A DNA stretch of 64,000 nt from Bacteroidota bacterium (GTDB lineage: Bacteria > Bacteroidota > Bacteroidia > UBA8524), in NCBI GenBank assembly GCA_008933805.1, contig WBUH01000002.1, forward strand, positions 314,696 to 378,695, in the 5' to 3' direction. The translations under genes and the position numbers were made by a program. Below are positions 11,326-21,224 of this stretch, piece by piece (position 1 is the first letter of the stretch; every line of letters starts with the position of its first letter). The notes beneath the pieces are model-generated. The model saw nothing but the letters and a program-made list of their open reading frames with translations, did not search any database and was not told the origin of the DNA.

Positions 11326-12351
11326 ATGAGCAAGCCAAAAATATTAGTTACTGGTGGTGTTGGATTTATAGGTTCGCACACCGTGGTTGAGTTGTACAAT
11401 GCAGGTTATCAGCCTGTAATTATTGACAACCTAAATAACTCAGAAGCATTTATATTAGACCGTATAGAGCAGATAACAGGCCAAAGGCCGGTGTTTTTTG
11501 AAGGAGATGTGTGTGAGCGTGCCGATTTGCAAGCATTGCTGGCACAGCATACCGATATAGCCGGTGTGATACACTTTGCGGCTTATAAAGCCGTAGGCGA
11601 GTCGGTGCAGCATCCGTTAAAATATTACCACAATAACGTAAGCGGGTTGGTGATTTTGTTGCAAGAACTGCAAGCCAAAGGCATCAATAACCTTGTGTTT
11701 TCATCGTCATGTACCGTTTACGGGCAGCCCGAGATAAATCCTGTTACAGAAACCTCACCCGTACAGAAGGCAGAGTCTCCCTACGGTAATACCAAACAAA
11801 TTTGTGAGGAAATCCTTATCGATACCGTTAAAGTGAGTGATACCAAAGCCATTGCTTTGCGTTATTTTAACCCCATTGGCGCACATGATAGCGCATTGAT
11901 TGGTGAGTTACCCTTAGGTGTACCCAATAACCTTGTTCCTTTTATAACACAAACAGCTATTGGCAAACGTGAGAAGCTAACCATATTCGGCAGCGACTAT
12001 AACACTGTTGACGGTACTTGTGTGCGCGATTATTTGCATGTAGTGGATTTGGCCATCGCTCACGTGCGAGCCATTGAACGACTGCTGAACAATGAAAGTG
12101 CAGAGAAGCTGGAGATATTTAACTTAGGTACAGGCAAGGGTAGCAGCGTAAAAGAAGTGGTTGATACCTTTGTAGCTGAAACAGGGGTGAACTTTAACTT
12201 TGTATATGGCCCCCGCCGTGATGGCGATGTGGAGCAAGTATATGCCGATACCACTAAGGCCAACAACGTTTTGGGCTGGAAAACCCAACGCGATCTTAAA
12301 AATATGCTGATTACTGCTTGGGCGTGGGAAAAATCGTTGGCTAAAAAATAA
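11326..12351 (+). CDS. galE: UDP-glucose 4-epimerase
   Basis: 341 aa with the TGGVGFIGSH motif and YxxxK catalytic motif; GalE length and layout. Confidence 0.85.
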   Translation: MSKPKILVTGGVGFIGSHTVVELYNAGYQPVIIDNLNNSEAFILDRIEQITGQRPVFFEGDVCERADLQALLAQHTDIAGVIHFAAYKAVGESVQHPLKYYHNNVSGLVILLQELQAKGINNLVFSSSCTVYGQPEINPVTETSPVQKAESPYGNTKQICEEILIDTVKVSDTKAIALRYFNPIGAHDSALIGELPLGVPNNLVPFITQTAIGKREKLTIFGSDYNTVDGTCVRDYLHVVDLAIAHVRAIERLLNNESAEKLEIFNLGTGKGSSVKEVVDTFVAETGVNFNFVYGPRRDGDVEQVYADTTKANNVLGWKTQRDLKNMLITAWAWEKSLAKK

Positions 12352-12425
12352 TTAGCCAATAACTATTTGATTAGTTGTTTTTACGAGTAAAATATTTATA
12401 AATTCGTGCAAACAGTTAATTGCAA

Positions 12426-13241
12426 ATGCCACAAACACAAGGTCAATTCGTACTTTATACCCGTGATGAATTTAAGAACTATCTTGAGAATACTAAATTC
12501 ACGCGCAGTATAAATAAAATTCAGAACCACCATACCTACATACCGGGCTATGTCCACTACTTTAGGGACAACCCGCCTCAACCCTTTAAGTGGCTAAACA
12601 GCATGAAAAGCAGTCACTTGCAACGTGGGTTTAGCGATATCGGTCAAAATCTTACTACGTTTCCTGACGGCTTAATTGCGTTGTGCAGGAGTATGGATAC
12701 TACCCCGGCCGCAATTAAAGGAGCAAATACAGGGGCTGTTGCTATTGAACATTTGGGTTGGTTTGATATTAACCAAGACCAAATGACCGAGGAGCATAAA
12801 GAAACCATAATATTCTTAAATGCAGTGCTTTGCAAACGGTTTAGTTTGCTGCCTAACGACCAAACTATCTTGTATCACCATTGGTTCGACCTTAATACAG
12901 GTAGGCGCACCAATGGCTCAGGGAGTACGAAAAGCTGTCCCGGAACTAATTTTTTCGGGGGTAATACAGTAGAAGCGGCCAACAAAAACTTTATACCCCT
13001 AATCTCTCAAAAAATAACAAGCTTTATAACCAGTCCGGATACGCAAACACCGCAGCCCATAGCTACCGGTACAGTTACCGCCAGCAAGCTAAATGTGAGG
13101 GCAGGAGCGGGGACAAATTTCGCGGTGGTGTATTCGCTAAGCAGCGGCGCAAAAGTTACCGCCTATGCAGAAATGAACGGATGGTATAAAATCGACCCGA
13201 CACAAAGCCAGTGGGTATCTAAACAATTCATTGCACAATAA
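12426..13241 (+). CDS. N-acetylmuramoyl-L-alanine amidase (amidase_2/PGRP) with C-terminal SH3b domain
   Basis: Zn ligands in the His...His...Cys arrangement and an SH3_3-like C-terminus. No signal peptide. The ORF-track start is TTG; the ATG at 12426 is preferred. Confidence 0.65.
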   Translation: MPQTQGQFVLYTRDEFKNYLENTKFTRSINKIQNHHTYIPGYVHYFRDNPPQPFKWLNSMKSSHLQRGFSDIGQNLTTFPDGLIALCRSMDTTPAAIKGANTGAVAIEHLGWFDINQDQMTEEHKETIIFLNAVLCKRFSLLPNDQTILYHHWFDLNTGRRTNGSGSTKSCPGTNFFGGNTVEAANKNFIPLISQKITSFITSPDTQTPQPIATGTVTASKLNVRAGAGTNFAVVYSLSSGAKVTAYAEMNGWYKIDPTQSQWVSKQFIAQ

Positions 13242-13246
13242 ACATT

Positions 13247-14506
13247 ATGGAAAACAATACTACTGAAACCAACAATGCGCCTATGCCATTGTATAAAAAG
13301 GTTTTTACCTTAACATTTTGGCAAGAACAAAACCATTGGCTGGCATTGCTTATTGTGCTATTAGTGGCCACCGTAGGTGTTTATTTAGCTATTCACAGCC
13401 TTGATAAATATGAAACAGCTGAGGATAAACGGAAATATTATGACGACCCGCACGAGGCAGAGTACAAAACTATTGATGCAACGGATGTAGCATACATAAC
13501 CTCGTTAATAAATGAAGGGTCGGCTAATATGCCTACTATTGATCAAACGGCTGAACAGGACGTTGTAGAAGGTGATACTTCTCGCACTGATGCTCCTCCA
13601 ACTATATTTACCGCCCAGCAGTTTAAAAACAACCCTAATAACCGAGCGGTAAAAAATATTATCATTTATCAACTGCCAAATATTTTCCCCGAGGATACCG
13701 CCAGAATATTTGCATTGCTTGATTTGCAGCCCAACAGCCTTGCCGTTTCGTTTATTCAAAATGCTAGGTTTAAGGTTAAATCCTATTTTTGGTTAGCGGG
13801 TCCTCATACCTACGTTGAGATAATATTTTGGACGATTTTTGGAGTACTTACCAGCATATTATTTTATGTAGCCATGGCCATATCAAGCGGTACGGGCTTT
13901 AAACCTTCCGAAACCCCCGGCCATCTGGCAAAAATTGCCTACTCACCATTCATATCTCTCATTATTATATTCTCCTACAACTATCTTTCAAGTCCTGATA
14001 GCATATTTGATGTAAGCGCATCAAAAGGAACTCTGATAATTTCATTCTTGTTAGGGTTTTATTCAAGCAGGGCCATGAAACTGCTGGATAAATTGAAAGA
14101 GCTGGTGTTGCCATACGGTGATGAGTCAAAATCGGTTGTTCCGCCAACTTCGCAAACCGACCCAGCATTATTGGCACCAAGCCCTACAGGTTCACCCGTT
14201 AATGTGGATATTAACTTAAACGACCCACAACATCCCGATGCTGAAGAATTGAACGGTCATATTGCGCAAACGTTAGTGTCGTTGGTTCCACAAGGCGGAG
14301 GCGAGCCAATAGCCCTTGCCAAAAGCGGAGAAGATGAATTAGAAGGGCTGTTTGCCGCACAAAACGTACCTCAAGGAAATTATACACTTACTGCCAACCT
14401 TGCCACATCCGATGGCGGTAACTATGGCGGTAGTCAAGATATACAGGTGATAAACGGTGAGAATACCTATACGCTCACCCTCACCAAAACGGAAATAAGC
14501 GGGTAG
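13247..14506 (+). CDS. multi-pass membrane protein with Pro-rich linker and C-terminal beta-rich domain
   Basis: Five predicted transmembrane segments and a C-terminal carboxypeptidase-regulatory/Ig-like beta region. Starts 6 bp after the amidase gene. Confidence 0.4.
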   Translation: MENNTTETNNAPMPLYKKVFTLTFWQEQNHWLALLIVLLVATVGVYLAIHSLDKYETAEDKRKYYDDPHEAEYKTIDATDVAYITSLINEGSANMPTIDQTAEQDVVEGDTSRTDAPPTIFTAQQFKNNPNNRAVKNIIIYQLPNIFPEDTARIFALLDLQPNSLAVSFIQNARFKVKSYFWLAGPHTYVEIIFWTIFGVLTSILFYVAMAISSGTGFKPSETPGHLAKIAYSPFISLIIIFSYNYLSSPDSIFDVSASKGTLIISFLLGFYSSRAMKLLDKLKELVLPYGDESKSVVPPTSQTDPALLAPSPTGSPVNVDINLNDPQHPDAEELNGHIAQTLVSLVPQGGGEPIALAKSGEDELEGLFAAQNVPQGNYTLTANLATSDGGNYGGSQDIQVINGENTYTLTLTKTEISG

Positions 14507-14523
14507 TTTTTTAGCTTATCTTT

Positions 14524-14565
14524 ACCGGGCAGTTGGCAATAATACGCCGGCTTGCCCGGTTTTTT
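14524..14565 (+). terminator. rho-independent terminator candidate
   Basis: ccgggcagttggcaataatacgccggcttgcccgg stem-loop followed by a TTTTTTATTT run. Confidence 0.45.
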
Positions 14566-14580
14566 ATTTATGGAATTACG

Positions 14581-15183
14581 ATGATTGAAATAGATGTGAG
14601 CCGTAGTCCAAAAGAATGGCATTCTACTCTTTTTGGCAAAGCTGATAAAAATGATTTCGTTATATTTTACGATGACGATGATAGCTACATTTGGTTTACA
14701 ACTCAGTATACTCAGTTTTTAATCGGGATAGGGGGATTTGAGGTAGCTCCTATATATGGTCGAATGGTTAAAAGTTTAAAATCCTTTTTATATCAAGTTA
14801 ATCTATGCTTACCTGTGGGTTATAGGGTGCAGGCAATCAGCCATGCTTTGTATGATTTGTTATTGAACTTTGAAACAGAGCCAGAAGCAAGGATTATTAT
14901 TTGGAATGATGCCGACTATTTATTCAAGAAAAATAAGAAAGCATTTGTTGAGATTTTTGATAGTATGATTGTAGCATCTTACGGTAATAGATTAGGAAGA
15001 ACAACTATCAAAGAAGATGGAACCCCATACAAGGTTGACCAACGAAATATTTTTTTCTTTAAAAGTGAAAACAAGGCTGAGGTAATGGATATTTTAAATA
15101 CTGAATACTACCAGCCATACGAAGAGATATATAAAAAAATAGAATTCAATATTGTTACCCTTAAAAGTATTAGTGATAAATGA
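14581..15183 (+). CDS. hypothetical cytoplasmic protein (AT-rich)
   Basis: The ORF-track TTG start at 14533 runs through the terminator hairpin, so the ATG at 14581 is preferred. No domain recognised. Confidence 0.35.
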   Translation: MIEIDVSRSPKEWHSTLFGKADKNDFVIFYDDDDSYIWFTTQYTQFLIGIGGFEVAPIYGRMVKSLKSFLYQVNLCLPVGYRVQAISHALYDLLLNFETEPEARIIIWNDADYLFKKNKKAFVEIFDSMIVASYGNRLGRTTIKEDGTPYKVDQRNIFFFKSENKAEVMDILNTEYYQPYEEIYKKIEFNIVTLKSISDK

Positions 15184-16178
15184 TAGCAGGCATAATAAAT
15201 AGGACGTTATACATTATTACGATAATAGGTTGTTTGGGTTGCGAAGCGAAAAACCAAGTTGTTGCTAAAGCTGATTTACTTAGTATTCCTATTTTCCCGG
15301 GAGAAAATACGATTGTTGAAAGATATAATCCTATGACATTTAGTGGATGGAGAGACTTTGAAAAGAAAGCCAATAACGAGATACTTAGGATTGAATTTAG
15401 AGAAGGGAAAATAGTTCAACAAATACAACTTAAAAATGGAACTGATACACTGGATTATTGGTGCAATAAAGAATACCTAACACGAAATTGGAAAGACGGA
15501 ATTTCTCAATTTGTTCCTGCAAGCAGTGGTGATAGTTCTGTAGTAAAAACCTTTGCAGATCATTTTGTTGCCAAAGAGTTTGATTATTTAGCGGATAATT
15601 TTTACGGGCAAATTGGAGAATTGGATTTTGATAAAATTCATAAGACGGTAGAAAGCCTTATTGGGCAAATAAGCTCCTATAAAATTAATGCCTTTGTGAA
15701 AGAATCATATAATAAGGGCACTCATCCGGTTGAGTTGTTTTGCAAGGTTACATTTATTAGTAATACAAATTCAATTATAGCTGGGCTGCTGCTCCATCCC
15801 GATAGTATAACAAGGACTGTTGTATCCATAAATTTTGAACCCTTAGAGCAAACTATAGCTAAATTTTTGATTGAAAAATCGCCTTTAGATGGAAAGCAAA
15901 ATACAGACAATAAACTACTTATTGATAGTTCAGGATTCCATGACAAATTTTTTTCATCACCTTATTTAAAAAGTGGTGAGTATCAATATCAATACAATGG
16001 CCTCAAAGTTTGGCAACTCAATAATATGGATATCATGGAGTCAATTACGGTAACACATAACAACAAAAGAGTTGTGTTTCATTTGTATTGGAAAGAAAAA
16101 GACGGTAAGTATTTTTTGTTACGAAGGATGGCATTTGCAGTTCAAGAGTATCAACCCATTTGGTTAATCTCGCGATAG
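15180..16178 (+). CDS. hypothetical lipoprotein (AT-rich)
   Basis: Lipobox-like ...IIGCLGC... signal sequence. Overlaps the upstream gene by 4 nt. Confidence 0.4.
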   Translation: MIAGIINRTLYIITIIGCLGCEAKNQVVAKADLLSIPIFPGENTIVERYNPMTFSGWRDFEKKANNEILRIEFREGKIVQQIQLKNGTDTLDYWCNKEYLTRNWKDGISQFVPASSGDSSVVKTFADHFVAKEFDYLADNFYGQIGELDFDKIHKTVESLIGQISSYKINAFVKESYNKGTHPVELFCKVTFISNTNSIIAGLLLHPDSITRTVVSINFEPLEQTIAKFLIEKSPLDGKQNTDNKLLIDSSGFHDKFFSSPYLKSGEYQYQYNGLKVWQLNNMDIMESITVTHNNKRVVFHLYWKEKDGKYFLLRRMAFAVQEYQPIWLISR

Positions 16179-16230
16179 CAATTCGTTCTTGGCAACTGAA
16201 TTCATCAACTAACGCCAACAAGCCCTATCT

Positions 16231-18144
16231 TTGCCCGCTGTGGGAGTAAATTATCTTTCGGTAGAAAATATCAGCAAATCATACGGCGAAAAGGAACTAT
16301 TTAAAAGCCTTTCATTCGGGATAGACCAAGGTCAAAAGGTGGCCCTTGTAGCTAATAACGGTACGGGTAAAAGCACCTTGCTTAACCTGATTGCGGGATT
16401 AGACATACCCGATACGGGGCAAGTAGTGTTTCGCAGGGATATCAAAGTAGGGTATTTACCCCAAGAACCTGATTTTGCAGGAGCTGTAACTGTTGCCGAT
16501 TATATCTTTTACGAAAATAACCCCGTAATACAAGCCATAAAAGCCTATGAAACGGCTGCCGAAGCCCATAGTTTAGCACCCACCATTGACACTGAACGCC
16601 AACTGAACGAAGCCACAAGGCAGGCTGATACACTGGATGTGTGGCAATACGAAGCAAAAGTGCGCCAGATATTGGGCAAGCTGGATATACACCTGCCCAA
16701 CCGTAAAATTGCCCAATTATCAGGTGGTGAGCGCAAGAGGGTGGCCATTGCCCGTTTGCTGATAAGCAACCCCGATATTTTGGTGATGGATGAGCCTACC
16801 AACCATTTGGATATTGAGATGATAGAGTGGCTGGAAAGCTACCTGAGCACCGATAATACTACGTTACTGATGGTAACGCACGACCGTTACTTTTTGGACA
16901 ACGTAACCAATGAAATTATTGAATTAGACGAAGGTAAGCTGTATCGCTATTCGGGCGACTATACTTACTTTTTGGAAAAGAAAGACGAGCGCATGGCAAT
17001 GCAGGAGCGCGAAACCGATAAGGCCCGCAACCTGATGCGTAAAGAGTTGGAATGGATACGTAGGCAACCCAAAGCACGGGGGACAAAATCAAAATCGCGG
17101 ATTGATGCTTTTTATGAACTGAAAGAGAAAGCAGGCAATGTGCGCAAAGAAGAAAGCATCAGTTTTAATGTGAAAATGAACCGTATCGGCGGTAAAGTGA
17201 TGGAGCTTAAAAACCTTCGCAAAGGGTATGGCGATACTGTGTTTTTCAACAACTTTACGTACACATTTAAAGGCGGCGAACGAGTGGGGATTGTAGGTAA
17301 AAACGGTGCCGGAAAGTCAACGTTTTTAAATGTGATTACCGGCCTTGAAAATACTGATGCGGGTACGGTAGTGCCCGGCGAAACCCTTGTGATTGGTTAC
17401 TACAACCAAAAGGGGATGAAGCTGGACGAGGATAAAAGGGTGATTGAGGTGATACGTGATATTGCCGATGTGCTTCCGTTGGGGGGTAAAGAAGGCAGTT
17501 TAACGGCTATGCAATTGTTGCAAACGTTTAACTTTCATCCCAAGCAGCAGCATGATTATGTTTCAACCCTTAGCGGGGGGGAACGCAGACGGTTGTACCT
17601 GCTTACCATTTTGATGAAGAACCCCAACTTCTTAATTCTGGATGAGCCTACCAACGACCTTGATTTACTTACACTTACCACCCTTGAGGAGTTTTTAGCC
17701 ACCTACAAAGGGTGTTTGGTAATTGTATCGCATGACCGTTATTTCCTTGACCGTTTGTGCGACCACTTGTTTGTGTTTGAGGGCGACGCGAATATTAAAG
17801 ACTACAACGGAACGTATACCCAATACCGCATTGAGAAAGAAGTAGAGGACGAGAAACGTAAGTTGGAGGAGAAAGCAGCTAAGGCGGCTGCTGAACCTAA
17901 AACCCAATCCACTGCTGAGGCTGCCAAAACCCGCAAACCCACCTATAAAGAGAAGCTGGAATGGGAAAGCCTTGAAACGGATATGGCTAAACTGGAAGCC
18001 CGCAAAACAGAGCTTACTAATAAACTAAGCAGCGGTGACGGCGACCACACCCAAATAGCCCAATGGGCGCAAGAAATTGAACAAGTAGATACCCAACTGG
18101 AAGAAAAAGAACTCCGCTGGTTGGAGTTGAGTGAGTTGTTTTGA
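16231..18144 (+). CDS. ABC-F family ATPase (Uup/YheS-like)
   Basis: Two tandem ABC cassettes with Walker A, signature LSGGE and Walker B, plus a C-terminal coiled coil. No transmembrane domain. Confidence 0.8.
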   Translation: MPAVGVNYLSVENISKSYGEKELFKSLSFGIDQGQKVALVANNGTGKSTLLNLIAGLDIPDTGQVVFRRDIKVGYLPQEPDFAGAVTVADYIFYENNPVIQAIKAYETAAEAHSLAPTIDTERQLNEATRQADTLDVWQYEAKVRQILGKLDIHLPNRKIAQLSGGERKRVAIARLLISNPDILVMDEPTNHLDIEMIEWLESYLSTDNTTLLMVTHDRYFLDNVTNEIIELDEGKLYRYSGDYTYFLEKKDERMAMQERETDKARNLMRKELEWIRRQPKARGTKSKSRIDAFYELKEKAGNVRKEESISFNVKMNRIGGKVMELKNLRKGYGDTVFFNNFTYTFKGGERVGIVGKNGAGKSTFLNVITGLENTDAGTVVPGETLVIGYYNQKGMKLDEDKRVIEVIRDIADVLPLGGKEGSLTAMQLLQTFNFHPKQQHDYVSTLSGGERRRLYLLTILMKNPNFLILDEPTNDLDLLTLTTLEEFLATYKGCLVIVSHDRYFLDRLCDHLFVFEGDANIKDYNGTYTQYRIEKEVEDEKRKLEEKAAKAAAEPKTQSTAEAAKTRKPTYKEKLEWESLETDMAKLEARKTELTNKLSSGDGDHTQIAQWAQEIEQVDTQLEEKELRWLELSELF

Positions 18145-18149
18145 TAACC

Positions 18150-18245
18150 TTCTCCTGTCCTTCTGAACGACAGTGAAGAATCCATAGCAATCTGTAAGCT
18201 GACAAAGTAAGAGAAGATGCTTCCTTCGTCAGCATGACAGTGTAA
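18150..18245. repeat. GTCAT-hairpin REP-like element cluster
   Basis: Positions 18216-18240 (gatgcttccttcgtcagcatgacag) are a perfect reverse complement of 46368-46392. Confidence 0.6.
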
Positions 18246-18283
18246 GGTTGATAATGTATAACACCGCAAGCCGTCTAGAATTT

Positions 18284-20005
18284 CTAATCTTTCTTTGGTT
18301 CACGCATAAAGAATACAAAACCACCGTCTTGGCCTATGCGCAATAAATCAACACGTTTGGCATATTCAGGGGCTTTAGAAATGTGGCAGCAGAAAAAAAC
18401 AGGTTTATCTATTTTGCCTTCCAGCAGCCAGTCGCGTAGCAGGTGGTCAAACCAATCCGTTGGCGCGCGTTGTTTGTAACCTTCCACCTCGGCATCATAA
18501 AAGCGTTTTAAATCAGGCGCCATATTGTCCCACGGTTTTATGCGGGCATAGTAATAATGGGCATAGGTATCGTAGCCCAAGGGCTGCACGTAAGCATCCT
18601 TGTCTTGCAGGCTTTCCCAAAACTTAATAGCAGCACCTTGGCTGTATTGTTCAACTTTGGGTACCACTACGTATAAAAACAATTGCAGGCTAAGCATAGT
18701 GCCGCCTAACAGCGTTATAAAACCCCTTTGCAACCGTTGGCGGTACAGCAGCACAGTACCCATAATAATGGCCGTCAGAAACAAAATACCTATCAGCCAT
18801 TCCCAACCGCCCCAAGCAACGTTGCGACTAAAATTGGCCACCGCAAACGGGTCTTTAATCATAGGGAATAATTTGGCCTTTAAACTTGCCGATGAGGCAA
18901 TCATGGGTAGCATGGTAAAGGCAGCTCCCAATGCCACACCAATTACCAACAACGGGATTGAAAGCCAGCGTTTCCATTGCCATTGTCCGCTAATAATGTT
19001 TTCAATCGTATAAGCAGCCAAAAATGTAAGCGGCAAATAGCACAACGATGAGTAGTGAACAATTTTAGTTTTTACAATGCTAAACAGTATCAGCACCACC
19101 CAAAACAAAATCAACATCCATTGGGCAAATACCTTTTGCTCGTCAGAAATGTTTTCATTCTTCTTGAACATATAAAACCCGATAATGGATATAGGGAAAC
19201 AACCCAACAGCAATACAATGGGGTGGTAGTAGAAGGGTTGACCGTGTCCGGCAACGGGGTTGCGGAAAAGGTCTATTTGGTACAAGATAAACTCACGCAA
19301 AAAGAAGAAACCGTTGTTTAACGTTTCTACTCCAAACCAAGCAAAAGCCACGGCAATAGCGCAGAGTGTATACAGGATAATTTCTTTAACGTTAAAATAA
19401 AACCTGAAACGGTTTACCACCCAATAGCTCAATACACATAACAAGGTAACGGCAGCAGCAGCAGGGCCTTTGGTTAATACCGCCAAGCCCAAAAACATAC
19501 CTGCAAGCGCATAAATACCCAAACGGCGTTTACCTGTTTCAGTTATTGAAGCGCGGTATATTTGAAATACTCCTAAAAAGATAAACAGGTTAAAAGTAGG
19601 GTCGATAATGGCCGATTTAAAGTATAAATGCGGGGTAAATGCACCCACAAAACAAGCCACCCACCAATAACCCATTCGGGTATTAAATATTTTTCTACCT
19701 ATATGAAAAACCACCAGCAGAGTGGCGATGCCGCACAAAGCATTGGGAAAACGGGCAGCAAACTCGTTTACTCCAAATACTTTCATGCTAAGTACCTGTA
19801 GCCAAAAAAACAACGGTGGTTTTTCCCAAAAGGGCTGAAAATTTACCTGTACCTGAAAGTAATTGCCGCTTACCATCATTTCGCGGGCACTTTCAGCAAA
19901 ATTTATTTCGTCCCAATCAAACAAATGCACCTGCCCCAAAAAGGGGATAAATAGCAGCGCACCAATCAGGGCAACTATATAGTAGTGTTTACGTTCGTTG
20001 TTCAT
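18284..20005 (-). CDS. glycosyltransferase family 39 (ArnT/PMT-like undecaprenyl-phosphate-sugar-dependent transferase)
   Basis: 573-aa polytopic membrane protein with a PMT/ArnT-type N-terminal loop. Confidence 0.8.
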   Translation of the reverse strand: MNNERKHYYIVALIGALLFIPFLGQVHLFDWDEINFAESAREMMVSGNYFQVQVNFQPFWEKPPLFFWLQVLSMKVFGVNEFAARFPNALCGIATLLVVFHIGRKIFNTRMGYWWVACFVGAFTPHLYFKSAIIDPTFNLFIFLGVFQIYRASITETGKRRLGIYALAGMFLGLAVLTKGPAAAAVTLLCVLSYWVVNRFRFYFNVKEIILYTLCAIAVAFAWFGVETLNNGFFFLREFILYQIDLFRNPVAGHGQPFYYHPIVLLLGCFPISIIGFYMFKKNENISDEQKVFAQWMLILFWVVLILFSIVKTKIVHYSSLCYLPLTFLAAYTIENIISGQWQWKRWLSIPLLVIGVALGAAFTMLPMIASSASLKAKLFPMIKDPFAVANFSRNVAWGGWEWLIGILFLTAIIMGTVLLYRQRLQRGFITLLGGTMLSLQLFLYVVVPKVEQYSQGAAIKFWESLQDKDAYVQPLGYDTYAHYYYARIKPWDNMAPDLKRFYDAEVEGYKQRAPTDWFDHLLRDWLLEGKIDKPVFFCCHISKAPEYAKRVDLLRIGQDGGFVFFMREPKKD

Positions 20006-20664
20006 TTTTTTAATTTCAACAAAGGTTTATCCAGTTTAGGCGAAGCCATAAAGCCTTTTTTCTCCTCAACCCAATAATATAAAACCATTGAGCAAAGAGT
20101 GCCAATCAGCATTCCTGCCAATACATCCTCGGTAAAATGCTGTCCTAAATAAATACGACTTATACCACCTAAGGCTGCTAAACAAAACAGTAACCCTGTA
20201 ATCCCTTGATTTTTTGGTATTAAAAAGGCCAGCATACTAAACAGCGCAAACGTGCTGATAGTATGCCCTGACGGGAAACTGTATATGTATGCAATTTTCA
20301 CACCTTCAACAGGGTGCAGTAGGTTAAGTCCTTCAAAATAGCGGTGGGGGCGGGGAGTGGGGCCAAAAACAACCGTTTTAAGCAGTTGCGATATACCTCC
20401 CGATAACGCAAAGGTTAGCAACGTAAGCAATCCCCAGCGCATCGTTACTAGTAAAAACAGGGCTACAGCCACAGCGATAGAGGTTAGTCCGTCGCCTATA
20501 TGGGTATAAAGTTTAAAGAAAATATCAGCGGCAGGCGTGTGCAGGCCATCTAAAAACAATACTAAATTCCCTTTTGGGTAGCATATTAATTGCAGTGTCA
20601 AAAAGCCTGCAAATACTAACAAGAGGATGAAAAACAGTTTGTTTTTTTTAATAAAACTTGACAC
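20002..20664 (-). CDS. PAP2-family phosphatase (lipid A phosphatase LpxE/LpxF-like candidate)
   Basis: 220-aa membrane protein with PAP2 PSGH and SR..H motifs. Overlaps the downstream GT39 gene by 4 nt, consistent with translational coupling. Confidence 0.7.
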   Translation of the reverse strand: MSSFIKKNKLFFILLLVFAGFLTLQLICYPKGNLVLFLDGLHTPAADIFFKLYTHIGDGLTSIAVAVALFLLVTMRWGLLTLLTFALSGGISQLLKTVVFGPTPRPHRYFEGLNLLHPVEGVKIAYIYSFPSGHTISTFALFSMLAFLIPKNQGITGLLFCLAALGGISRIYLGQHFTEDVLAGMLIGTLCSMVLYYWVEEKKGFMASPKLDKPLLKLKK

Positions 20665-20765
20665 GAGTATTGTTTTGATTTACTTTGTAAAAAGTATATT
20701 TTGTCAACGCAAAATAAAGCTATTATCCATATACTTTCGCAGCAACAGTGTTTTTAAAGCAATGA

Positions 20766-21152
20766 ATGATGAGTAAGAAAAAAAAGTACGTAGTTGAGTT
20801 TGGGTTTAAATCTTCGCCCAGTATTCTTTATAATTATTTGAGTACGCCATCGGGCCTTGCTGAGTGGTTTTGTGATGATGTGGATATACACGACAAAAGA
20901 GAATATGTTTTTCGTTGGGCCGGCTCAGAACAAAAAGCAGAGATGCTAAAGAACAGCCCTAATAAATACATTCGTTTCCGTTGGGAAGACAGCCACGAGG
21001 AGGAATTTTTTGAATTTGAGATTATCCAAGACGAAATTACCGGCGATGTTGGGCTTGTGATTACTGATTTTGCTATTGAGAGCGAGGTTGAGGAATCAAA
21101 ACAATTGTGGGGCACCCAAGTACAAACCCTAAAAACAGCCATTGGCTCATAA
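20766..21152 (+). CDS. SRPBCC/Aha1-like small protein
   Basis: 128 aa with weak resemblance to the AHSA1/START-like fold. Confidence 0.35.
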   Translation: MMSKKKKYVVEFGFKSSPSILYNYLSTPSGLAEWFCDDVDIHDKREYVFRWAGSEQKAEMLKNSPNKYIRFRWEDSHEEEFFEFEIIQDEITGDVGLVITDFAIESEVEESKQLWGTQVQTLKTAIGS

Positions 21153-21224
21153 AACTTCTTTCATATTCAGTTTTTTGGCTGAAAATTTGCAACTGCCATC
21201 GGCAATAGCAAAATAACATCCATA

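Noticed and set aside
12060-12359. 99-aa minus-strand ORF overlapping the galE 3-prime end
   Set aside because: Antisense overlap with a well-supported conserved gene, and low-complexity translation.
14533-14580. TTG-start extension of the 14581 gene
   Set aside because: The extension is encoded by the terminator hairpin and T-run itself. An in-frame ATG follows the structure.
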